Positions 1-8,564 of a stretch of DNA of 64,000 nucleotides are shown one piece after another. The notes under the pieces are model-generated. The model did not search any database. It had not been told where the DNA came from and saw nothing but the letters and a program-made list of their open reading frames with translations. The position numbers and the translations under genes were made by a program. This DNA is from Rhodothermales bacterium. Its GTDB lineage: Bacteria > Bacteroidota > Rhodothermia > Rhodothermales > UBA10348. Position 1 is the first letter of the stretch, and each line of letters begins with the position of its first letter. The stretch is from contig CBDFGO010000002.1 of the NCBI GenBank assembly GCA_965247125.1, forward strand, positions 1,062,379 to 1,126,378, given 5' to 3'.

Positions 1-66
1 ACCCCCTACGGTGAACGCATACATAGCCTGCATGGCTCTTTCGCGTGCTTCTCTTCTGCTACTCAT
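1..66 (-). CDS. nusB: Transcription antitermination factor NusB, first 22 codons only (gene runs off the left edge)
   Basis: The reverse strand from ATG at 66-64 reads MSSRREARERAMQAMYAFTVGG and stays open to position 1. This matches the RRxARexAxQxLY N-terminal signature of NusB. The fragment is very short, so the call is tentative. Confidence 0.4.
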   Translation of the reverse strand, partial: MSSRREARERAMQAMYAFTVGG

Positions 67-279
67 CTATTCCCGACAGCGTGTCAAAAAACTTTGTTTC
101 GCTCTGTGTAATCCAGCGGAGACCGGGGGCTAGGATACCGCGTTGCCGGAATGATATCAACGGTTGTCACGGTTTTGTTCAAGCCTTAACACGGATTGGT
201 TAGGCCCGATCCCCGAATGGGTCAATACGGGGCATGTTTATTGGAGGAAAACATTGCGGGATAAAATTGGAGGATACCA

Positions 280-2448
280 TTGCGCCCCTCCCTGATAGTA
301 CCCGCCCCGTTCGTGGCAGGTCTCATCGCAGTTTCGAGCCCGTTGGTATTCCTGGCGGCTTTGGGGGCGATAGTGATTGTTGGAGTTGCCTCTCTTCGCC
401 CCGCAGCCATCCTTTTTCTGGCTTTTGTAGCAGGCTCCGCTTGTGGATTGAGGGGGCAGACGCTGTGGAATACCCGTCAGTTACCGGTATCCCATGCTTC
501 CAGCGGAATTGAAGAACCGGCCTATATGTCCGGTATCGTCCTTGAAGCCCATCCGTTTGCAGACATTCTGATTGCCTCGGATATCCGGCTTCGACTCAGC
601 CGGGCTACCAGCAGCCTCGCGAGGCATCCAGGTGATCTCATTGTGTTTCGAGGACAGGTCGCGGCGCCGGCTTTCCCTCGAAATCCCAGCGATTTCCATG
701 AAGCACACTTTTTGAGGAATCAGGGGATCGCCGGAACGGTCCAATCAATGAGTAGCGTCATTATTGATCACCGTTCCCACCACACCGTAAATTTCGGGCG
801 CTGGCGCCCCCAACAATGGATAGGAAGTCGTATCGACAGGTTGTTTCCCGAGCGGGCGCCGCGTGCTTTGGTCCACGCTATGATTCTTGGAGACCGTACC
901 CATCTCGATCTCGATCTGAAAGATTCTTTCCGACGAAGTGGCTTGGTTCATCTTCTCGCAATTTCCGGCCTGCATTTCGGATGCATCACTCTGATATTAG
1001 TCGGCCTTTTCGAATCGGTGGCCCATCGCTTACCCTCGAGTCCGTACGTCAGGAGGTGGGCATCGATCGTGCTCATTTCTATTTCGCTGACATCATTTGC
1101 ATGGCTTGTCGGATACTCTGCTTCGGTTCTTCGAGGCCTGATAATGAGTGTCTTTGGGCTCGTTGCGTGGGGCTTCCGCAGAAATCAGTCTCTTTTATCT
1201 GGCCTATCGATCGCATTTGTTGTCCTTCTTGTTTTCAATCCAGATCAAATCGAACAGGTGGGATTTCAATTATCCTTTCTCGCTGTTTCTGGTATTGCAA
1301 TCGGATTGAAGGCCGAAAAGCGTTTCTCCCCTACCTCTAAGGCTCGAAGGGCGATCCGCTCTGCATTCTGGATCTCGGGGTGTGCCACCGCTTTTATCGC
1401 GCCCATAGTTCTCAACTTCGCTGGATTCGTTCCCCTGATCACACTGGTGCTCAGCCCCTCTGCCATCACGGTCGCGTCGTTCGCTCTGAGTACGGCCGTC
1501 ATTGCTCTAGTCGCGCCCCTGGGTGCGTCTGGGCTTGCTCTGGTATCCTCGGTGGCGTTCAATCTGTTGGAGTGGATGGTCGAAGCCTCATCCGATACGG
1601 ACTTCTTTCCCGTCTGGCGTCAACATGCTCTTGGTGTAAAGTGGGTTGTGCTTATTCCTGTCCTGTTTCTGGCGCAATTGGGATTCCAAAAGGGGCGCAC
1701 GAGATCAACCCTTCTCATTATCACTCTGTTCGTATTGGTCTGGCTTCCCTTCTCTCGCTCAAAGTCTGAGATGAACATCCTATTTCTGGATGTCGGACAG
1801 GGAGATGCGGCCATCCTGCGTTTCGCCAATGAAAATCAACTGATCGTAGATACCGGGCCTGGATCTGGAGGCGCCAGGGCGATCAGTCAGCACTTGAAAA
1901 TGTCGCAACGGGGTGATGTATCGACCCTTCTCCTCACTCATGCGCACAGTGATCATATCGGGGGCCTTAAAATGTTGGTGAGCAGATCTGAGATCGACAC
2001 ACTTTATCACGCTGGATGGCTCGGCAGTTCAGGTCTCCATACTGCGAACATCGAGATTGCAATCCTCGGGATTGAAAACGATGAAGTGAAAACCTTACGC
2101 TGGGGCGATACCATCGACCTGGATCCAGACACTCGAATATATATCCTTCATCCTTCTGTTCCAGGAACCGAAAACGACGATTTCATCGTTTTCCTGGTGG
2201 TGTTTGGCGAGACCAGAATCCTGTTTATGGGAGATGCTGAGAAAAAGGCTGAGCAGTTGATCCTTCGCTATTTCTCACCACTGTTGCAGGCGAATGTCGT
2301 CAAAGTCGCCCATCACGGATCGGCGACCAGCAGTACGGAAAAGTTTATCGGCAAAACTGCTCCTGACTACGCTATCGTAAGTGCGGGCCGGAACAATAGA
2401 TTTTCGCATCCGGACCAAGCGATCGTTCAAAACTGGGAAAACTCCTGA
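280..2448 (+). CDS. comEC: DNA internalization competence protein ComEC/Rec2 (polytopic membrane domain plus C-terminal metallo-beta-lactamase domain)
   Basis: 722-aa ORF with many hydrophobic helices in the first ~480 aa. MBL-fold motifs follow: ILFLDVGQGDA, LLLTHAHSDHIGG, KVAHHGS. A conserved-looking tail continues in the same frame past the TGA to 2538 (see findings). Confidence 0.85.
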   Translation: MRPSLIVPAPFVAGLIAVSSPLVFLAALGAIVIVGVASLRPAAILFLAFVAGSACGLRGQTLWNTRQLPVSHASSGIEEPAYMSGIVLEAHPFADILIASDIRLRLSRATSSLARHPGDLIVFRGQVAAPAFPRNPSDFHEAHFLRNQGIAGTVQSMSSVIIDHRSHHTVNFGRWRPQQWIGSRIDRLFPERAPRALVHAMILGDRTHLDLDLKDSFRRSGLVHLLAISGLHFGCITLILVGLFESVAHRLPSSPYVRRWASIVLISISLTSFAWLVGYSASVLRGLIMSVFGLVAWGFRRNQSLLSGLSIAFVVLLVFNPDQIEQVGFQLSFLAVSGIAIGLKAEKRFSPTSKARRAIRSAFWISGCATAFIAPIVLNFAGFVPLITLVLSPSAITVASFALSTAVIALVAPLGASGLALVSSVAFNLLEWMVEASSDTDFFPVWRQHALGVKWVVLIPVLFLAQLGFQKGRTRSTLLIITLFVLVWLPFSRSKSEMNILFLDVGQGDAAILRFANENQLIVDTGPGSGGARAISQHLKMSQRGDVSTLLLTHAHSDHIGGLKMLVSRSEIDTLYHAGWLGSSGLHTANIEIAILGIENDEVKTLRWGDTIDLDPDTRIYILHPSVPGTENDDFIVFLVVFGETRILFMGDAEKKAEQLILRYFSPLLQANVVKVAHHGSATSSTEKFIGKTAPDYAIVSAGRNNRFSHPDQAIVQNWENS

Positions 2449-2531
2449 GCTCGGATAATGCAGACCGCTGTCGATGGGGGCCTGCTATTTAGCAGCGACG
2501 GTAAAAATATCATTCAGATCCGTTGGGCACC

Positions 2532-2837
2532 TCAGTGATCGATGAAGACTGGAATACGGTCATTTTCCGTGATCGCAACCGTCGTGGAACTAAGTTTATA
2601 GCCCATGATGCCCTTGCTGGTATGCGATCCGGCCACGATAAGATCGGAATTCCCATTTTTAGCCTGCTCAATGATGCAATTGGCGGGATCTGAATCAATC
2701 ATACTCACCACGCGCGACGCAAAGTTGTGAGACTCCAAATAAGCCCTGGTCAGTTCCATGTGTAACTCGGCGTCGACGTCATCTTTCGAGTGTACATGTA
2801 ATATCTCGATTTCAATATCGGAGCCAAACGGTGCCAT
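2532..2837 (-). CDS. Universal stress protein (UspA) domain, C-terminal half of a tandem-Usp gene split by a frameshift
   Basis: The ORF ends ...DLIVAGSHTSKGIMGYKLSSTTVAITENDRIPVFIDH, a typical Usp C-terminal ATP-binding region. The same frame read upstream of the Met gives KKVLYATDGENSSSRAIRRFIQ, a typical Usp domain start. Confidence 0.7.
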   Translation of the reverse strand: MAPFGSDIEIEILHVHSKDDVDAELHMELTRAYLESHNFASRVVSMIDSDPANCIIEQAKNGNSDLIVAGSHTSKGIMGYKLSSTTVAITENDRIPVFIDH

Positions 2838-3370
2838 CTGAATGAAGCGACGAATGGCCCTCGATGAAGAATTTTCTCCATCTGTGGCATAGAGAACCTT
2901 TTTTCCTCCCTGTACTGAGCAGGTACAATGAGGCTCGGACCGATCGTGTTATGAAAGACTCCCGCTAACGTGTTGGTTCGCTGTTTTGGATGACTGTAAA
3001 AGAAGTGAGGATCAGATCCCATGACCAACAGGTCGTGGTACTTCATGTCTTCCACAATTCGCTGAAAAGGGACTCCCTCTTCCATCATTTCAATGTGATC
3101 AACACCCGATCCTTCAACATTCATCTCAAAATCGTTAATCAGTTTGCGAGCATGCTCGCGGGTCTCCTGAGTGAGATTTTCTCTCAACTTTTCCGCGTAA
3201 TACATCGACCCAATTCCGCCACCCCGAGAACTTGATTCTATGTGCTCTGTGTCGACGACGGCCAATCCTGTAATTCTGGCGCCCGTGGCCCTAGCAATGT
3301 GTATAGCAAATTGTGTCCCTACCAGAGAATCCGTGCCTGGGTCGAGAGCTACGAGAATGCGTTTAATCAT
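2750..3370 (-). CDS. Universal stress protein (UspA) domain, N-terminal half of a tandem-Usp gene; the frame is lost after ~155 codons
   Basis: From ATG 3370 the protein reads MIKRILVALDPGTDS...HDLLVMGSDPH...GPSLIVPAQY, a complete Usp domain. The remainder of the ORF (RFSMPQMEKILHRGPF...) is out-of-frame read-through over the second domain. Confidence 0.7.
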   Translation of the reverse strand: MIKRILVALDPGTDSLVGTQFAIHIARATGARITGLAVVDTEHIESSSRGGGIGSMYYAEKLRENLTQETREHARKLINDFEMNVEGSGVDHIEMMEEGVPFQRIVEDMKYHDLLVMGSDPHFFYSHPKQRTNTLAGVFHNTIGPSLIVPAQYREEKRFSMPQMEKILHRGPFVASFRWHRLAPILKSRYYMYTRKMTSTPSYTWN

Positions 3371-3491
3371 GATAGAAATAGGAAAGATGGACCTGATTCT
3401 TGAAGAAAGGTAAACGATGTCTGGTAGTGCGACAACGTTTCTCAATGACTGCGAGCTGGATTACATGAAAATACACACTCATCAACAGCTT

Positions 3492-3805
3492 CTTATAGTT
3501 ATAAAAGAGAATATATATTTAGTAGTCATTCGTAGTAGGGGCTGTGGATTCGTTCAAAATCAAATTGTCAACGACACTTGATGGCTAACTGTGGGCAATA
3601 GTGTTAGATGTTTTCCCCACAATAGACCATTCAATATCGAAGGAGAGAGACCATTCATTTATCGTTCTTTGGTCTTCTGAACATATCCACAGGTATTAAC
3701 ACCAAATATGTTGAAAACCACAGAAAGAAAGTCAACCATCAGGGGCATGTGTGAGAGTTGTGGAGGATGGGTGTCCAACTGAATCGTTCTCCACACGACT
3801 CCACA
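3492..3805. other. AT-rich tract plus a cluster of DnaA-box-like 9-mers (candidate oriC or another multi-site protein-binding region)
   Basis: The AT-rich run 3492-3527 (cttatagttataaaagagaatatatatttagtag) is followed by xxxTCCACA-type 9-mers on both strands. They lie at 3543, 3590, 3613, 3683, 3714, 3759, 3787 and 3797, inside the largest non-coding gap of the window. Confidence 0.3.
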
Positions 3806-3882
3806 CCCGGTATTTTTCCTAACAGTCCGTGACGGTTTACAAACGGATTGTCAACAGGACTACATGGTCAACTTGAGTCACC

Positions 3883-5187
3883 CTATGAGTCACTCCGTGC
3901 TCCCAGGACGCTGAACATTTCAGATTTATAGGCCTCCACACCAGGCTGATCAAACGGATTAATACCAAGCAGGTATCCGCCAATGGAAACGGCGTGTTCA
4001 AAGAAATAGATCAATCTGCCTAGATTTTCTTCCGTGAGACCATCCATCGATATAACATGAACAGGTACGCCTCCTGATAAATGAGCTCTGATCGTGCCCA
4101 GGAAGGCCGCATGTGCAATGCTCTTCAATGATTTTCCGGCGACATAATCCAGACCGTCCAGCGAACTGTTTTCGTCTGGAACTTCAATGGAGGGGCGATC
4201 GGCGCCAATCATCAAAAAAGTCTCGATGATATTGCGCCGACCGGATTGCAGGTACTGGCCGAGAGAATGGAGATCACCGGAATACGTACAGGTCGTGGGG
4301 AAAAGCCCCTTCAAATTTTTGCCCTCACTTTCGGCAAAGAGCTGCTGCCACCAGGACCCGATTCCACCCAGTTTCGGCTCGAAGACGGATAATATTTCGG
4401 CAGTGTATCCCGATTCATGCAGCGCGTAGCGACTCATGGCGTAGGCTACGGCAGGGTTTTCTTCGGGTGAAGTGAGTTCCGCCATCATGGCTACGGATCC
4501 GTAGAAAAGCGACCGGACGTCGAACCCCGCCACAGCGATGGGAAAGAGTCCCGCGGGGGTGAGAACAGAGAAGCGACCGCCGATGTCTGCCGGAATGTCG
4601 AACGTCCTGTACTCTTTTTGCTGGGCCAGTTCTCTAAGCGAACCCCCATCCGGATCTGTCGTGACGATGATGCGGCGGTTGCAATCGACGAAGTGGTCCT
4701 CCATCCACTTCCTGATAATGCGAAAAGCTATGGCAGGCTCAAGGGTGGATCCGCTTTTCGAAATAACGTTTACGAAGACAGACTTGCCCTCCAGCGAGTC
4801 CAGAAGTTCTTGCAGATAAGACCCCGAAAGATGGTGCCCGGCGAAAACGATCCGAGGGGCCGTGTGTGCATCGTCGTCACCAACATGATCTAAAGAGAAA
4901 TACGGAGAAAGTGCACGGATGACGGCTTTCGCACCCAGATAAGATCCGCCGATCCCAATACAAATCAACACGTCTGCACGTTCGCGAATCTCACGACTTA
5001 CAGTGGTGATTTCTTCCAGCAAAGCGTCGTTTGGATCCTGCAAAATGCGTCGCCAACCGAGCCATTCACTTCCCGCACCGGTTCCCTCCAGGAGGGCCCG
5101 GTGAGCAGCATACGCGCGAAGAGTCAACCCGCTTCCTACATGAGAATCGATGAATGCATCTGAAGGGCTGAAGTCAAACTCTATCAT
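3883..5187 (-). CDS. pgi: Glucose-6-phosphate isomerase (short bacterial type)
   Basis: 434 aa. Motifs seen: ICIGIGGSYLGAKAV, GGRFSVLTPAGLFPIAVAG, QQLFAESEGK. Confidence 0.88.
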   Translation of the reverse strand: MIEFDFSPSDAFIDSHVGSGLTLRAYAAHRALLEGTGAGSEWLGWRRILQDPNDALLEEITTVSREIRERADVLICIGIGGSYLGAKAVIRALSPYFSLDHVGDDDAHTAPRIVFAGHHLSGSYLQELLDSLEGKSVFVNVISKSGSTLEPAIAFRIIRKWMEDHFVDCNRRIIVTTDPDGGSLRELAQQKEYRTFDIPADIGGRFSVLTPAGLFPIAVAGFDVRSLFYGSVAMMAELTSPEENPAVAYAMSRYALHESGYTAEILSVFEPKLGGIGSWWQQLFAESEGKNLKGLFPTTCTYSGDLHSLGQYLQSGRRNIIETFLMIGADRPSIEVPDENSSLDGLDYVAGKSLKSIAHAAFLGTIRAHLSGGVPVHVISMDGLTEENLGRLIYFFEHAVSIGGYLLGINPFDQPGVEAYKSEMFSVLGARSDS

Positions 5188-5267
5188 GGAACGGCCGGGT
5201 CTAAAAACGGCGAAAACGGTTGATGGCTATCTTGTCTGCCCAAACTTAATGACGCAGATGCTCTGAT

Positions 5268-6488
5268 ATGCGAACATTCATTTCATTTGAAGATGCGCTC
5301 AACATGGTTCTGGCGTCTGGAACCAAGGCAGAAACGGAGCACATTGCTCTTTCGATGGCATTGGGGCGAACGCTGTCCGAACCGATTGTGAGCCCACTGA
5401 ACCTTCCGCCTTTTAGGAGCTCCGCGATGGATGGATTCGCGGTCATTGCCTCAGATCTGGTCAATGAAGGAGCCGTGCTGAAGGTGATTGAACATATTAA
5501 GGCTGGAGACAATCCACAGCGTACAATCGAGTCGGGCACATGTGCAAAAATAATGACAGGGGCTCTCTTTCCCGATGGCGCCGACGCTGTTGCCCCTGTA
5601 GAGTGGGTCCTCAACGAGGAGGAAGCCGGTGTTTCGTTTTTGCGGGCGCCGCGGGCTGGCCAGCACGTGAGGCCAGCGGCAGAGGATGTGCGTGAGGGCG
5701 ACACCGTGTTTAAGGGCGGAGAGGTCATTACACCACCAATTACAGGGATGCTCGCTTCACTCGGCCTCGATCCGGTTCCGGTCGTGCGGCGCCCCAGAGT
5801 GGCCGTCATTTCAACCGGAGATGAAATAGTCCCTCCTGATATTCAACCAGGGCCAGCTCAGATACGAAATTCGAACGGCCCGGCATTAAGGAGTCAGGTT
5901 TTGGCGGCCGGGGGCGATTGCGATAGATACGAGCACGCTGCAGATGACCCGGCAGCAATCAGTTCGGTCATCGAATCCAACAGATCGGCGGATTTGCTGA
6001 TTTTTTCGGGCGGAGTCTCAATGGGCGACCACGACTATGTTAAAAAGGTCTTGATTGATCTGGGAGGTGAGATGCTGTTCTGGAAAGTTCGTCAACGCCC
6101 CGGAAAACCACTGGCTTTTGGAACCCTCGGAAACGCCGTGTTCTTAGGACTCCCCGGAAATCCAGTTTCATCGGCAATGTGTTTTGCCATCTATGCCCGC
6201 CCGCTGATTCACAAAATGCTTGGACGGGAACGGGTAGGCGGCCGGAAACTTTCAGCGATCTTGCAACATGATGTGATGAAGGTAGCGGACCTGCACCATT
6301 TTTCGAGGGGAGTTGCGGCCGTAGGAGCGGATTGCGGAGTTAGCGTTTCAGAAGCGGGTTCGCAGGGCTCAAATCTCTTCAGTTCAGTAGTCAGGGCGAA
6401 CTGTATCATTCACCTCCCAGACGGCGAGACCATGGTACGAGAAGGTTCACCGGTATCTATTGAGCTCCTTCCCTGGGCGAACCTGTAA
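5268..6488 (+). CDS. moeA: Molybdopterin molybdenumtransferase MoeA
   Basis: 406 aa. Motifs seen: PPFRSSAMDGFAV, central MoCF-binding region VAVISTGDEI...GGVSMGDHDYV, and GLPGNPVSS. Confidence 0.88.
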   Translation: MRTFISFEDALNMVLASGTKAETEHIALSMALGRTLSEPIVSPLNLPPFRSSAMDGFAVIASDLVNEGAVLKVIEHIKAGDNPQRTIESGTCAKIMTGALFPDGADAVAPVEWVLNEEEAGVSFLRAPRAGQHVRPAAEDVREGDTVFKGGEVITPPITGMLASLGLDPVPVVRRPRVAVISTGDEIVPPDIQPGPAQIRNSNGPALRSQVLAAGGDCDRYEHAADDPAAISSVIESNRSADLLIFSGGVSMGDHDYVKKVLIDLGGEMLFWKVRQRPGKPLAFGTLGNAVFLGLPGNPVSSAMCFAIYARPLIHKMLGRERVGGRKLSAILQHDVMKVADLHHFSRGVAAVGADCGVSVSEAGSQGSNLFSSVVRANCIIHLPDGETMVREGSPVSIELLPWANL

Positions 6489-7272
6489 GGTCACTGAATA
6501 TCGGCCCGAAACTTCTTGTGGGTGTAGCCTTCTCTCCAGAGCTGCATTTACCCAGATCAAGTTCTAGTTCATACTGGGTCCGATCTGATCTGCAGAACCG
6601 TTGCTGAAAACAGATCTGCTGTCCAGTTTCTGTGGAGGATGAATGCTCGATCAGCAGCAACGCTCTTCCCCACGGCACATCGAGATGCTGAGCAACATCG
6701 TTGGGAGCATTAACGGCTTCCAGACGAAAGCGGCCGCTGCAAACCGAAATGTCGTACGCATTCTCCATGATGGCATAAATAGAGGCCTTGCTCAAATCGT
6801 GCTTTTCCAACAGGTGAGCATAAAAAAGAGGAAGCCAGATTCGATCAAAAACGACCTCTTGTCCGTTTCCCCGCTGGAGTCTGTCAATCCGAAAGACCGT
6901 GGCGCCCTCGTGAGCCCCGAGGGCGGATGCAACCCGAGCGGCCGCTTCTTCAGATTGTTCGTGAAGGATCTCCGACTGCGGTAGCACCCCGGCGGCCTCC
7001 ATCTGCTCGATAAAACCCGAAAGCCTGCTTCTCCTGCCTGCAGCACATGAACTAGCCACAAATGAGCCGAGACCCTGGCGGCGATAAATAATTCCTTCAG
7101 ACTCGAGCGTCTGTAGAGCTCGGCGAATCGTTATTCGACTGACACTGAACTGAGCCCCCAACTGATTTTCGGAGGGAAGACGGTCATTTTCACTGAAACC
7201 ACCAGCTTCTATTTGATCACGTATCCAGGAGCTGACACGCTCGTGTCTGGATTGGGCTTGTGCTGTAGCCAT
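6457..7272 (-). CDS. GntR-family transcriptional regulator (HutC/UTRA subfamily)
   Basis: N-terminal winged HTH LPSENQLGAQFSVSRITIRRALQTLESEGIIYRRQGLGSFV. The C-terminal ~150 aa look UTRA-like. The 3' end overlaps the moeA 3' end by 32 nt (convergent). Confidence 0.8.
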   Translation of the reverse strand: MATAQAQSRHERVSSWIRDQIEAGGFSENDRLPSENQLGAQFSVSRITIRRALQTLESEGIIYRRQGLGSFVASSCAAGRRSRLSGFIEQMEAAGVLPQSEILHEQSEEAAARVASALGAHEGATVFRIDRLQRGNGQEVVFDRIWLPLFYAHLLEKHDLSKASIYAIMENAYDISVCSGRFRLEAVNAPNDVAQHLDVPWGRALLLIEHSSSTETGQQICFQQRFCRSDRTQYELELDLGKCSSGEKATPTRSFGPIFSDLTGSPREGAQ

Positions 7273-7439
7273 TGTTTGGGGGGTCTGGTGTGACGAGGCT
7301 GGATAACGGCAAATATCCGACTCCGTATGAAGAGAAACAGATTTGCTTGTAATACATGTTATGACATGTAGGCATCAGATGCCAGTCAGTCACCACCAAA
7401 AATCTCCACAAACGGACGACTCGAACCTCCTTTTATCGA

Positions 7440-8561
7440 TCACGCCAGGGGAAGAAGGACGCTCACGACGATTCCAGTGTCTGAATCGGACGTGACACCA
7501 ATCGAACCGCCATGGGCCAGGGTGACCAGGCGTGCGTAAGAGGTACCGAGGCCGGTTCCCTCTTGTCCTGATTTCGTAGAATTGAACTTGTCGAAGAAAG
7601 TGACCAGGCGCTCAGCTGTAAGAGGCACAACACCGTTCTGGACTCTGATGAGAACCGATTCACCAGCGGGTTCACAAACCACGTCGACCCGGCGTTCACT
7701 CTCACCCAGCCCCGCGACATGTTCTGCCGCGTTCTTGATCAGGTTCTTGAAAACACCCGGTAAAAAACGAACATCAGCCATGATACTCGAGCCGAGACCC
7801 TCGCCCGAGAGGGTGATTGTAACGAGGTCTTGATGGGAGACCGACACGTCCCGGACCACATCTTTCAGAAGATCCTGAAGGGTCACCTCTCTCACTTCCA
7901 GCTGATGGACCCCTCGCTCGATATCCTGCAGTTTTTTCATCTCATCCAGCATGGATTTCATCGAAGACGCTCCGGACTCGATGGCACCAAGCCAGCCAAG
8001 CTGTCGCTCGTCGAGTTGGTCAGCAAGCTGGGTGCGAAGCAGATCTGTGTAGCCGGCGATGGGGTTGATCACATTATTAAGTTCGTGTCTCAGGAAGGCA
8101 TCTTGTTCGCGATGAAGTCGCTCGATCTGGCCCAGAGCGCTAGAGAGCTCGTCCACACGGACGGCAAGTTCGCGCCGCAAGCGGTTCATAGTGACGTGAG
8201 TGCCAACCCGTTCCAACAACTCGGCTGAACGGAACGGCTTGGTGACGTAGTCGACCGCTCCCAGCTCAAATCCTCTCACAACATCTTCGGTCTCAACTTT
8301 GGCAGTCAGAAATATGACAGGTATTTCCGCAGTAGCGGCATTGGCCTTGAGGCGCTTGCAGACCTCAAAACCGTCCATGTCCGGCATAATAACGTCGAGC
8401 AGTACCAGATCCGGCGCGACACGGTCCAACGAATCGAGCGCCGCTTGTCCGCTGGACGCAGCGTTGACGTCGTAACCACCGTCACGAAGCATTCCGCCCA
8501 GTACCTGAATGTTTTCAGGTGTGTCGTCCACGATGAGGATGTGTCCACTTCGTTCGCTCAT
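7440..8561 (-). CDS. Receiver-first hybrid protein: REC domain, coiled coil, then HisKA-like/HATPase_c kinase core
   Basis: The REC domain reads ILIVDDTPEN...LLDVIMPDMDGFE...FLTAK...VDYVTKPF. H-box FLRHELNNVINPIAGY, N-box NLIKNAAEH, G-box GTGLGTSYA. Confidence 0.8.
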   Translation of the reverse strand: MSERSGHILIVDDTPENIQVLGGMLRDGGYDVNAASSGQAALDSLDRVAPDLVLLDVIMPDMDGFEVCKRLKANAATAEIPVIFLTAKVETEDVVRGFELGAVDYVTKPFRSAELLERVGTHVTMNRLRRELAVRVDELSSALGQIERLHREQDAFLRHELNNVINPIAGYTDLLRTQLADQLDERQLGWLGAIESGASSMKSMLDEMKKLQDIERGVHQLEVREVTLQDLLKDVVRDVSVSHQDLVTITLSGEGLGSSIMADVRFLPGVFKNLIKNAAEHVAGLGESERRVDVVCEPAGESVLIRVQNGVVPLTAERLVTFFDKFNSTKSGQEGTGLGTSYARLVTLAHGGSIGVTSDSDTGIVVSVLLPLA

Positions 8562-8564
8562 GAA

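Noticed and set aside
2446-2448. TGA reassigned to an amino acid (genetic code 4 or 25), or selenocysteine
   Set aside because: TGA terminates several well-delimited genes here, for example 29124-29126 followed 4 nt later by the next start, and 14243-14245. I recognised no SECIS-like hairpin immediately downstream. A local mutation or error is more parsimonious.
3754-3825. Possible structured RNA or pseudoknot. GAGTTGTGGAG pairs with CTCCACAcgACTC, and GGGTGT in that loop pairs with the downstream ACACCC followed by GGTATTTTT.
   Set aside because: The pairings are produced by the same TGTGGA/TCCACA motifs counted as DnaA-box-like sites in both orientations. No gene lies downstream on the plus strand. 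I kept it only as an alternative explanation under the oriC-like finding.
5246-5809. 187-aa ORF on the minus strand inside moeA
   Set aside because: It is antisense to a gene with clear MoeA motifs. Shadow ORF.
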